DNA from: a virus
Taxonomy: Duplodnaviria; Caudoviricetes
Virus record (IMG/VR): IMGVR_UViG_3300042997_001195
Coordinates: 1 to 24,622 of that record
Reading direction: 5' to 3' (one strand)
DNA length: 24,622 nucleotides
A program made the position numbers and the translations under genes. Positions within the stretch are counted from its first letter, which is position 1; each line of letters starts with the position of its first letter. A model generated the notes under the pieces. The model saw only the letters and a program-made list of their open reading frames with translations. It was not told where the DNA came from and ran no database searches. Shown here piece by piece: positions 1 to 7,851 of this stretch.

Positions 1-2
1 AC

Positions 3-680
3 TGGACTGTCGGAACTTCTGGTCGATTTATTTATAACAAAGGCCAACCGCTTATCGCGCTCGCCGGCACTAGACTGCCAGAGCACGTCACAGTCGAAGT
101 GTGGGGCTCATGCTCTGTTGGCCTAGGACCATCGCCTACATTTATTGTTTATGAGATTCTAAAAGATCACTTTGGCGCTCAAGTTGCACGTCACGCCACA
201 AACATCAATCTTTCTAAAGGTACTGATGGAAACATCATTACGCCGTACCCGTGGGACGCACGAGTTGAGGGACACGCGCTAATTAGATACTTAGGCAACT
301 ACGTTGACTCAGCAGCTATCGCACAACGGTTTCGTGTTCATATGAACCTAACCGCCTACAACTTTGCGCGAGGGCTTGTTGAGTATTCAACGCTAGAAGC
401 TGCTGATGCCGGGGCGCTTTGTATTGTCCCTGAGCATTTATCAGATCCACAATTCAGAATGCATGTTCTTGATTGGTACAAAGGCTGCCCAACGCAGGGA
501 CGTCTAGTGCAACCAGAAGGCCTTGAGCTGATGCAAAGAGTCGCTGACGCGTTTACAACGTGCCTTGAAGTATCAGACAAAGACCGTATGGAAATAGCTC
601 AACACAACAGAGCGGTGCTGCGTACAAGAAATGATCCACGAAAGACCGCACAGGTAATGATTGAAAGTGCGTTCTCGTGA
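3..680 (+). CDS. GT-B glycosyltransferase (GT4-like), 5'-truncated by the window edge
   Basis: The frame is open from base 3 (WTVGTSGRFIYNKGQPLIA...), matching the GT4 'GR...KG' motif. GLVEYSTLEAADAGALCIVP matches the E-x-F-G-x-x-x-x-E-A-x-x-x-G-x-P-V-I region. The track's start at 99 is internal. Confidence 0.75.
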   Translation, partial: WTVGTSGRFIYNKGQPLIALAGTRLPEHVTVEVWGSCSVGLGPSPTFIVYEILKDHFGAQVARHATNINLSKGTDGNIITPYPWDARVEGHALIRYLGNYVDSAAIAQRFRVHMNLTAYNFARGLVEYSTLEAADAGALCIVPEHLSDPQFRMHVLDWYKGCPTQGRLVQPEGLELMQRVADAFTTCLEVSDKDRMEIAQHNRAVLRTRNDPRKTAQVMIESAFS

Positions 681-1441
681 AAGGTCTTTCAGGCGCAGTC
701 ATCACTAATAAGCGCGATGGCACAGTTACGAAAACAGGCGGCCTTGTTGATCGAACGATCGAGCAAGGCGAGTGGATACTTCGCCATGGCGGCGACGCAT
801 TCCCTAAAAATGTAAAAATTTTAGAAGACGGCTACAGCATGGAGAGACTTGACTTCATCGAGTACTTTGACGTTGGTAGTGATTTTTCGATCGACACGCT
901 TCGCCAAAGCGTGTGGTCTCAGCCCGCAGTAGTACCGCCGACTCGTGAGACTGTGCGTCTTCTTCAAGAAAAAATGATGCATACGTTTGATAAGCATCTC
1001 GCAGGCACACTTGGACAAAGCGAAAAGGTTGCAATTTTAGAAGACGCAACACACGCAGGGAACGGCGCGTATAGGCTTAGGCACTGTCTAACACACGGTG
1101 ATCCAACTGCAGAAAATATTATGGTTCGCCCAGGGTACGGAAAAGTATTCATTGACCCAATTCGTGCCACTGAGGTTGTCCCTGACTCGCCAGCAGTTGA
1201 TGTCGGAAAGGTGCTTCAAAGCGCGTATGGCTGGGAAGATGCTAAATACGGAACTGGCATTATGGCGTACAAGCCAAGTGACATTAAGCAAGCGCTAAAC
1301 GACGATGAACTGTTTGCTGTAGGAGAGTCATGGGCTGTTGTGCATGTAATGCGTGCAATTCCTTACATAGGCAGAATCATGCCTGACTCGATGGACAAAG
1401 TTGTCACCGTACTGAACAAAGCGATTGCGAGAGAACTCTGA
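677..1441 (+). CDS. Aminoglycoside phosphotransferase / choline-kinase-like small-molecule kinase
   Basis: Brenner motif HGDPTAENIM, FIDP metal-binding motif and downstream DVGKVLQS. GTGA overlap with the upstream stop. Confidence 0.8.
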   Translation: MKGLSGAVITNKRDGTVTKTGGLVDRTIEQGEWILRHGGDAFPKNVKILEDGYSMERLDFIEYFDVGSDFSIDTLRQSVWSQPAVVPPTRETVRLLQEKMMHTFDKHLAGTLGQSEKVAILEDATHAGNGAYRLRHCLTHGDPTAENIMVRPGYGKVFIDPIRATEVVPDSPAVDVGKVLQSAYGWEDAKYGTGIMAYKPSDIKQALNDDELFAVGESWAVVHVMRAIPYIGRIMPDSMDKVVTVLNKAIAREL

Positions 1442-1959
1442 TGAGCATATGGTGTTCTGATATTGATGGTGTTCTTATTGACTCAAAGGCGCTTGTCCGC
1501 GAGTCATATAAAGCTGTAGGAATTGACATGCCAATCGAAGCCTGGGGCCATCCGTGGCAGACGTGGCTTCCAGCGGTGGTCGGTTCACTTGAATTAGCTA
1601 AACAAATACACAACCAAAAGACAGATGCGTACATTGATGTTCTTTCGTCTGGCGTAGTGAGTGAAATCGTTCTTCCGTTTGCTCAAATTGCACGAGCGTT
1701 GGAAAGAGATCCAGTGACTAGTGTTTACTACGTAACAGGTGCGACCAAGCGTGCTGCCATAACAATTTTACGAGAGCTCGGACTTGATTCGCGTAACTTG
1801 ATTGCATCAAGCGCAACTACAGCCGATCGTGAGCAATTACTAAAAAATCTTGCGCCGTCAGGCGTCTATATTGACGATCGAATTGAAGGCCAAGCACCTG
1901 CACATGCGGCTGGTTGGAGTTTTATTTGGGCAAAACAGGATTGGTCATGGAATCAATAA
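1441..1959 (+). CDS. HAD-superfamily phosphatase
   Basis: Motif I DIDGVLID, motif II VTG, motif IV YIDDR. TGATG coupling to the upstream gene. Confidence 0.85.
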   Translation: MSIWCSDIDGVLIDSKALVRESYKAVGIDMPIEAWGHPWQTWLPAVVGSLELAKQIHNQKTDAYIDVLSSGVVSEIVLPFAQIARALERDPVTSVYYVTGATKRAAITILRELGLDSRNLIASSATTADREQLLKNLAPSGVYIDDRIEGQAPAHAAGWSFIWAKQDWSWNQ

Positions 1960-2675
1960 TTCTTGCTGCTGGCAGAGGCCAGCGAATGGAAGGGTTTGCT
2001 AAACCGTTCTTTAAGCCGTTGCTTGAAGTAAATGGTCTTCCACTCATTACTTATGCTGCTGAATACGCTTCCTCCGCTGGAGCTACCAGGGTCACTGTTG
2101 TTGCTTCTGAAAGTAACGCAGACGACATTAAGAAATCGCTAAAAATGTATGCGTCGTGGGTAGACGTAGTCATTCAGAGTGAACCTCGCGGCCCAGGCGA
2201 TGCTACACTAATTGGCCTAGGCAACACAGACTGTAAGTCAGTAATGCTGCTCATGAGCGACAACCTGATGAACGCAGATGCTGTTTCACAAATGGCTATG
2301 ACTGCGATGATCAATGACGCTGACGCTGTTGGCGTAGCGCGAGTGCCGTTGGAGAGAGCCGATAGATTTACACGTGTTCGCGAGTGGGAAGACGGAACTT
2401 GCACATACGTCGAAGGAGTGCCTGTTTCTGCAGAAGATGAGTCAACTGTCGGTAATGCAACAGTTTGGTGCGGGCCACTTATATTTGAGCGTGCTACAGC
2501 TATTGACGTCCTAAATAACGTGCAAGCTAGTGTCAATGCGAATACCAGTGAGTTTAAGATTGGGCCACACTTAAATAAAATAATGCGGCTAAACACGCTG
2601 GTCGCAGATGTTGGCGCAATGGATGTTGGCATTCCTGCCGCATACATAGAACAAATAAAGAAAAACAATGACTAA
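1947..2675 (+). CDS. Sugar-phosphate nucleotidyltransferase (NTP_transferase family)
   Basis: From ATG 1947: MESIILAAGRGQRM...KPLLEVNGLPLI, QSEPRGPGDA, LLMSDN and C-terminal MDVG. Confidence 0.88.
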   Translation: MESIILAAGRGQRMEGFAKPFFKPLLEVNGLPLITYAAEYASSAGATRVTVVASESNADDIKKSLKMYASWVDVVIQSEPRGPGDATLIGLGNTDCKSVMLLMSDNLMNADAVSQMAMTAMINDADAVGVARVPLERADRFTRVREWEDGTCTYVEGVPVSAEDESTVGNATVWCGPLIFERATAIDVLNNVQASVNANTSEFKIGPHLNKIMRLNTLVADVGAMDVGIPAAYIEQIKKNND

Positions 2676-3675
2676 AGTACTTATAACTGGAATGACTGCA
2701 TCGCAGTCTTCGTCAGTCTACAGCGAGCGATCTGCTACGTTTGTTGGATCAATAGCTCGCGCACTACGCGAAAGAGGAGTTACTGTCGATTGGCAAGTTC
2801 CAAACATGGACAATCGAGAGATTATGGCGTATGACAAAGTTCTTGTGGGGATTGCTCCAGTTTTAAGTCTTGCTGCCAATAGATCGTTTAGTGCTCTTGC
2901 GCTGGTTGAGGCACTTTGGGACAGCGACAAACTCACGACGTTTATCGATGCACCTGAGCCTGGAAAAATACACGCGAGCCTACGCTCTGTAAATAAAGCG
3001 CCTGAATCTCTTACTAAGTCGCTCTACTCTAGGCGCGCAGGATACTCGGCAATCGCTACCGACAAGGCGCACGCAAGCAAGATCGCAAGAATAGTTGAAA
3101 CATTGACGCATGAAAGTTGGAGAAAGACGCTAGTTCCTGTTCTTCCGTGGAGCATTGTTGACAAGTCTTTGGCAAGTCTTCCGCAAAATGTTTCTAACTC
3201 ATGCGTAGGAATAAACATTGACAGTTTTATCGTAGACAAGTTACACGAAGATAGCACAACTCGCTACAACCAGTGGGTTGTAGAAAACGAAAACACCAAG
3301 TGGATTAAGAATGCAACTAAGGTACTTGTGTACCCGAGCACTCCGGCAAAGACGAAACGCGCCCAAGGTGATGCTGCAGTTCTAGAAAACATGTCTTCTT
3401 CTGCTGGAGTTCTTATTGGTCCGCACGACGATAAAGTTCTGTGGTGGTCCAGTCGATTTGCACAGGCATTGAATACTCGTACGCCGGTAGCGACAGAGTG
3501 GCGCGACAGCCAAGCTATTGGAGACGCCTGGTCGCACCTAGCTTCTGGCATTGAAGAAATGAATTTAGAAGACAGGTACGAGCTTTCAACTGCGCAGCGA
3601 TCTCAGTATATTGAAAGCATTCCAAACAAACAACAAGTAACTGACACTCTACTCAAGGAATTAGAAATTAAATGA
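2668..3675 (+). CDS. Uncharacterised 335-aa protein, probable GT-B-fold glycosyltransferase
   Basis: Rossmann-like start (KVLITG), YDKVLVG and C-terminal WWSSRFAQALNTRTPV resembling the R-x-x-E/Q-A-L-x-x-x-x-P-V segment of GT-B enzymes. Overlaps both neighbours. The fold call is tentative. Confidence 0.45.
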   Translation: MTKVLITGMTASQSSSVYSERSATFVGSIARALRERGVTVDWQVPNMDNREIMAYDKVLVGIAPVLSLAANRSFSALALVEALWDSDKLTTFIDAPEPGKIHASLRSVNKAPESLTKSLYSRRAGYSAIATDKAHASKIARIVETLTHESWRKTLVPVLPWSIVDKSLASLPQNVSNSCVGINIDSFIVDKLHEDSTTRYNQWVVENENTKWIKNATKVLVYPSTPAKTKRAQGDAAVLENMSSSAGVLIGPHDDKVLWWSSRFAQALNTRTPVATEWRDSQAIGDAWSHLASGIEEMNLEDRYELSTAQRSQYIESIPNKQQVTDTLLKELEIK

Positions 3676-4139
3676 AAGTACTATTCAATCGTTGGCTTGA
3701 AAAGACAAAACAACTTCAAGTCGACGTATACGGAGCAGACTACACAACGTTTCACAGCGATGGGCCAGATGATCTCAATGAATTGATTGAGTACATCCGC
3801 TGGAACATGCTCGCCATTGACGATGAACTTGCTGAGGTTCGTCAAGCTATTTCATGGAAGCCTTGGCAACACGATGAGCCATATGCCGATCGCAAAGAAA
3901 TCGTTAAAGAATGCGTAGACGTGCTTCACTTTGTCGCGAACATTCTCTGTGCTGCCGGAGCTACGGACGAAGAGCTTGATGAAGAGTACCTCAAGAAAAT
4001 GCAAAAGAACGCTGATCGCCAAAAGAATGGCTATAAAGTCCTAGATCCAGGCATGAAATGCACTCGGTGTGTACGCGCTCTTGATGACTATGATGTGGAC
4101 TCGTGCCAAGACTCTCTGTGCCCCTCTAAGGGCGCGTAA
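3672..4139 (+). CDS. All-alpha (dimeric dUTPase / MazG-like) nucleotide pyrophosphohydrolase with Cys-rich tail
   Basis: DELAEV..ISWKPW and KECVDVLHF motifs, KKMQKNADRQ, and C-terminal CTRC...CQDSLC. Confidence 0.8.
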   Translation: MKVLFNRWLEKTKQLQVDVYGADYTTFHSDGPDDLNELIEYIRWNMLAIDDELAEVRQAISWKPWQHDEPYADRKEIVKECVDVLHFVANILCAAGATDEELDEEYLKKMQKNADRQKNGYKVLDPGMKCTRCVRALDDYDVDSCQDSLCPSKGA

Positions 4140-4381
4140 TGAGCCTATGGATTTCCGTACATGTCCGCAACGTGCTGCCAGGAGACGTCGTTAGAGTGCG
4201 AGAGAACGCATATAGCGGCAACACTGGCGCAATGCACAATGGACGTATATGTGAAGTACTACTTGTCCGTGGCGGTGACGTAGTTGTCAAATCAGTCGAC
4301 GGAAAACACCCTGTACTAGAAAAGACATACCACTCTCCAGCAGTTTTAGAGAAAGAAGTACTTGATGAGATTGTCAATTGA
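4139..4381 (+). CDS. Hypothetical protein, SH3/KOW-like beta barrel
   Basis: PGDVVRV...HNGRICEVL..RGGDVVV pattern; coupled by a TAATG overlap. Confidence 0.6.
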   Translation: MSLWISVHVRNVLPGDVVRVRENAYSGNTGAMHNGRICEVLLVRGGDVVVKSVDGKHPVLEKTYHSPAVLEKEVLDEIVN

Positions 4382-4577
4382 AATAAGTGTGACGGGATCT
4401 ACATTAGACGAGATTATGTCTAGTGCAGTTGCTGAATGGAACAAGCTGTCTCAGTCTGATTCACAAGTTCTTCCATCTGGGTCAGAAATTGATGTAGTCC
4501 CAAACGACGGTGCTACGCGCCCAGGACTGTACACGGCTCGTGTCTTTATTAGGACGAAAGTAGAAGATAATGTCTGA
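4365..4577 (+). CDS. Hypothetical protein
   Basis: Fills the gap between neighbours and overlaps both. No recognisable motif. Confidence 0.55.
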   Translation: MRLSIEISVTGSTLDEIMSSAVAEWNKLSQSDSQVLPSGSEIDVVPNDGATRPGLYTARVFIRTKVEDNV

Positions 4578-4866
4578 CAAAGAAAAATTGCCACGCCAGC
4601 AAATGCTTGAAGAAGCCTCTGGCATTATTTCGGGTCAGCGCGACGAGCAGTATGGCAAGCCAGAAGATAACTTCGGGCGAATTGCTAAGATTTGGTCTGT
4701 GATTCTTGGAATAGACATTTCAACAGAAGACGTGGCTATGCTAATGGTAGGTCTTAAAGTTGCGCGCTACGTAAACAAGTCTGGATTCCAAGGAGACACT
4801 TGGGTCGACATCGCCGGGTACGCGGCATGTGGATATGAAGTTGGAATTAAAGATACGCGGCAATAA
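4570..4866 (+). CDS. DUF6378-like phage protein
   Basis: R..QYGKPEDNFGRIA.IWS, VAMLMVGLKVAR, DTWVDIAGYAAC. Confidence 0.8.
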   Translation: MSDKEKLPRQQMLEEASGIISGQRDEQYGKPEDNFGRIAKIWSVILGIDISTEDVAMLMVGLKVARYVNKSGFQGDTWVDIAGYAACGYEVGIKDTRQ

Positions 4867-4874
4867 AACCACCG

Positions 4875-4883
4875 TGATACTGT
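4875..4883 (+). promoter_or_regulatory. Putative extended -10 (TGaTACTGT) for the methyltransferase gene
   Basis: TGnTAnnnT in the intergenic gap; GGAGAGG RBS before ATG 4914. Confidence 0.4.
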
Positions 4884-4913
4884 AGATCTTCGCGACAGCG
4901 GAGAGGAACGTAC

Positions 4914-6155
4914 ATGTCTCAACCTACTTTTGTAGATTGCAATGGTCTTGCTGGATTTATGAGCTACGGCTTTGTGAAGTCTGGTATGAAAATGTTAGAT
5001 CGCACAGGGACACTTGACTTTGGAAATCGAGTAGCTGAAGCTAATCGCCATCTTCTTGGCAAAGACTGGACCGCGTTCTTTTCAGATGATGTGTCAGAGT
5101 GGCCAGTACATAACGCTGATGTCGTTCTTGGTTGTCCTCCTTGCTCTGGTTGGTCTGTCTGGTCTATTGGAAGCCGTGGTCCAGATGCCGCGGTGCACGA
5201 GCACACGCGCGCATTTATGCGCTATGCGGCTGCTGTAAAGCCAAAAATTATTGTGTTTGAATGTGTGCAACAAGCATTCACACAGGGGCGAGCCGTTATG
5301 GCAAAGTACCGCGATATGGTTGAAGAGCTGTCGGGCAAAGAGTACGACCTATATCACGTAAAGATGAACAACCTCCAAGTTGGTGGATTTTCGTATCGCG
5401 CTCGATATTTCTGGGTTGCGGCTGAGCGAGGACTGCCGTTTGGTGCGCACGCCCAAGCTCCTGCTGAGTTGCCAAAAGTAAGAGACATTATTGGTGACCT
5501 TGCTCCTCTTGAGTTGATGTGGGAGTCGCAAAACTACATTGGTCAGCCGTCTAAGTATGTTGAAAAGCTGCGATCAGAAACTGGAAAAGTAAGCGGCCAC
5601 CAAAACAAGAACAATCCAGACACTCAACGCATTTCAGAAATTTTTGATATTCTTGGTAATGACGGATGGCCAGCAATGATGACTATCGACTATGCACTAA
5701 AGTCAGCTGTTGAGAAAAACCAAGATAAATTTCCGCAATCATGGCAATTCAAAGAAGAAAAGCTTCGAGCCACAGATTTCAGCATGGGATTCTCAATTCC
5801 GTGTCGCTGGGACGGAGATTCGTATTGTCACGTGCTGACAGGTGGCGCACTTGATCACGTGATCCATCCAGATCTTCCAAGAAGAATCACACACAGAGAA
5901 GCTGCCCGTATTCAAGGTCTTCCAGATGATTGGGAATTTACAAGCGTAAAAGACTACTCAATGCTCGGAGCTACTTGGGGCAAGGCAGTGTCTGCACAGG
6001 CAGCTACGTGGATTGGCGAAGCAACGGCCGCAGCCTTAAATGGTGAGCCTAACGGTCCGCAGGGTGAGCTTATCGGAGATAGAGAGTACTTAATTGACAC
6101 AGATAAAGGGTTTACCCGGCACTCTGTCAAAAAGAATTGGTATAATCATTCATAG
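4914..6155 (+). CDS. DNA (cytosine-5)-methyltransferase, divergent
   Basis: Catalytic motif IV GCPPCSGWS, motif VI FECV (normally ENV), motif VIII SYRARYF, motif IX RRITHREAARIQGLPDDW, motif X WGKAV, motif I DCNGLAG. Confidence 0.85.
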   Translation: MSQPTFVDCNGLAGFMSYGFVKSGMKMLDRTGTLDFGNRVAEANRHLLGKDWTAFFSDDVSEWPVHNADVVLGCPPCSGWSVWSIGSRGPDAAVHEHTRAFMRYAAAVKPKIIVFECVQQAFTQGRAVMAKYRDMVEELSGKEYDLYHVKMNNLQVGGFSYRARYFWVAAERGLPFGAHAQAPAELPKVRDIIGDLAPLELMWESQNYIGQPSKYVEKLRSETGKVSGHQNKNNPDTQRISEIFDILGNDGWPAMMTIDYALKSAVEKNQDKFPQSWQFKEEKLRATDFSMGFSIPCRWDGDSYCHVLTGGALDHVIHPDLPRRITHREAARIQGLPDDWEFTSVKDYSMLGATWGKAVSAQAATWIGEATAAALNGEPNGPQGELIGDREYLIDTDKGFTRHSVKKNWYNHS

Positions 6156-6187
6156 AAATGTACTTCTATATCTAGAGATGGTATATT
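6138..6187 (+). promoter_or_regulatory. Two tandem extended -10 elements (TGgTATAAT 6138-6146; TGgTATATT 6179-6187)
   Basis: Direct matches to TGnTATAAT upstream of ATG 6218, which has an AAGGA RBS. Confidence 0.5.
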
Positions 6188-6217
6188 CTCTACTCTCCGA
6201 ACGACACAAGGACCTAT

Positions 6218-6721
6218 ATGCAATCGTTTCTTATTACGCCGTCCTCATTTGAGGAAACGTCGCGCCTTCTCGACAACAAGCGCCTGCATAAGCAGACTCT
6301 CGAAGCATGGCAGTGCCTTATGGTTATGGCTAAGCTCGACAAAGAAGGCAACTACCGCGAACCCAAAGGCTGGGTCAATCACCCGGTAGTCAAAATGTGG
6401 CGTGGCCACGAGACGCTATTTGTCTCGTATATCAGCGCTACATACTTTGAGTGGCGCTCTCGTGGCTATAAATCTACTCTTCTTGATAAGACGTACGCCA
6501 CATATGATCTAGGGGTCAAGCTTGGCACTATCAACGGTGAAATGAGCATGCCCAACTGGATGGCCGATACGGAATACTATGAGCGCCTGTGCTCTACGCA
6601 CCGGACAGCGCTTCTTTGTAAAAACTACGAGTGGTATTCTAAATTCGGCTGGGTCGAAGATCCAGGCACAGCGCCGCTTACCTATGAGTATGTATGGCCT
6701 CACCAGGATGGCTACGTCTAG
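6218..6721 (+). CDS. Pyrimidine-dimer DNA glycosylase-like protein (T4 endonuclease V / MSMEG_6728 family)
   Basis: MQSFL..., LDNKRLHKQTLEAWQ, GWVNHPVVKMWRGHE, HRTALLCK and terminal YVWP. Confidence 0.8.
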   Translation: MQSFLITPSSFEETSRLLDNKRLHKQTLEAWQCLMVMAKLDKEGNYREPKGWVNHPVVKMWRGHETLFVSYISATYFEWRSRGYKSTLLDKTYATYDLGVKLGTINGEMSMPNWMADTEYYERLCSTHRTALLCKNYEWYSKFGWVEDPGTAPLTYEYVWPHQDGYV

Positions 6722-6826
6722 CCTGCGCAGCTGCCCTTGAGAGGGCCAGAGACAGCACGTAATTGGTGTCCAGATAAAACACCATAAAAGTCTACAGATG
6801 AGCTTAGAGATCACGCCAAGGCGAGA

Positions 6827-6832
6827 TACAAT
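6827..6832 (+). promoter_or_regulatory. Putative -10 (TACAAT), near-leaderless
   Basis: Lies 8 nt before ATG 6841, with no obvious SD sequence. Confidence 0.4.
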
Positions 6833-6840
6833 GTTCGTAA

Positions 6841-7170
6841 ATGAAAGATAAGCGCCCTGGAGAGCATTTGTGGCTTGAGTGGACTGGAGACGGCTATGAC
6901 TCCAGTTCTTCTATTGTTCTTTTTACTATAGAGCACGTAGATGTCGAAAATGAAGTAGTTAGAAGAGCTCTCGCGTCTAGTATCCAAAGATCTGGAATTG
7001 TTGATTCTTTAGGCGACGGATTCGCGTCAGTAAGTACTGCGTCGATCGAGTACGGGCTTGCTGGAATTGTTGAAGGCGAACTAGACTTTTCAGTATGCGA
7101 TGAAGTCGGCGAGACACTGTATGGAGATCCTGTAGAAGAAATCTACGAAGTTACATGGGTTTCTTTGTGA
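6841..7170 (+). CDS. Hypothetical acidic protein
   Basis: 109-aa ORF with an upstream -10 and a GTGA overlap into whiB. Confidence 0.65.
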   Translation: MKDKRPGEHLWLEWTGDGYDSSSSIVLFTIEHVDVENEVVRRALASSIQRSGIVDSLGDGFASVSTASIEYGLAGIVEGELDFSVCDEVGETLYGDPVEEIYEVTWVSL

Positions 7171-7691
7171 ACCCAAAGGGACTTCGCGACTTTGATTGGC
7201 ACGACCATGCGGAATGTGCAAAGCCAGAGAATAAAAAGATTTCTAAGTTCTTTTTTTCTAGCGTGCCAAGCGAAAAATACGAAGCGCGCAACTTGTGCTT
7301 TAGCTGCCCCGTAAGAAAAGAATGTCTTAAGTGGGCGCTAGAGCATAAAGAAATTTGGGGAGTGTGGGGAGGAAAAGACGAAAGCGAGATACGACGCGCT
7401 TTGTCAGTTTCTCACACCGGTCAAGAAGTTCGACGGCAGCGATTTCCAAACTGCCCGTGTTGCGGCGCGCGCCCCAGCAAGTTGAGTGTCATTATTGCTG
7501 ACTCACCAGAAGGTGGGCGGTGGGCAACTATGAAGCTCGTTACATGCGCAGAATGCGAATTTACTTGGAGAAGTCGCACAAGCGCAAATGCTGTAGACGC
7601 ATACCACGCAAGTAAGAAATCAAAAAGTAAAGCGTCTAGCCCTGCTGATCATCATGATCATGGTCATGATGATGGTCACTTAGAGACTTAA
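7167..7691 (+). CDS. whiB: WhiB-family Fe-S transcription factor with C-terminal zinc-ribbon extension
   Basis: W...AEC...FF...A..LCFSCPVRKECLKWAL...WGVWGG, plus extra CPCC...CAEC. GTG 7167 (overlapping the upstream TGA) is the likely start; ATG 7155 is an alternative. Confidence 0.9.
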   Translation: MNPKGLRDFDWHDHAECAKPENKKISKFFFSSVPSEKYEARNLCFSCPVRKECLKWALEHKEIWGVWGGKDESEIRRALSVSHTGQEVRRQRFPNCPCCGARPSKLSVIIADSPEGGRWATMKLVTCAECEFTWRSRTSANAVDAYHASKKSKSKASSPADHHDHGHDDGHLET

Positions 7692-7800
7692 TCGCTTCAT
7701 TTAATTGAGCGATAAGTGTGCGTGCAATCGCTAGTTGAAGTGCATACTGCTTGTTTTGCTCGAGTAAGTCTTCAATTACTGCTTGTGAGTTAACTTCCAT
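7636..7800 (-). CDS. Small coiled-coil protein with His/Asp tail (54 aa, below the ORF-track cutoff)
   Basis: Hand translation: MEVNSQAVIEDLLEQNKQYALQLAIARTLIAQLNEAIKSLSDHHHDHDHDDQQG*. AAGAAAG RBS-like sequence and a minus-strand TACAAT at 7832-7837. Confidence 0.65.
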   Translation of the reverse strand: MEVNSQAVIEDLLEQNKQYALQLAIARTLIAQLNEAIKSLSDHHHDHDHDDQQG

Positions 7801-7851
7801 CGTGTGTAGTCTTTCTTTGCTTTGGTTTACTATTGTATCGCATGTAGAGCG

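Noticed and set aside
677-1441. Antibiotic-resistance aminoglycoside phosphotransferase
   Set aside because: Only the kinase fold motifs are shared. The operon context points to sugar or small-molecule activation.
2174-2668. 164-aa minus-strand ORF
   Set aside because: Lies wholly antisense to the well-supported nucleotidyltransferase.
6722-6840. Possible terminator or small RNA in the 119-bp gap
   Set aside because: No convincing stem-loop with a U tract and no tRNA-like fold seen by eye; only a -10 box.
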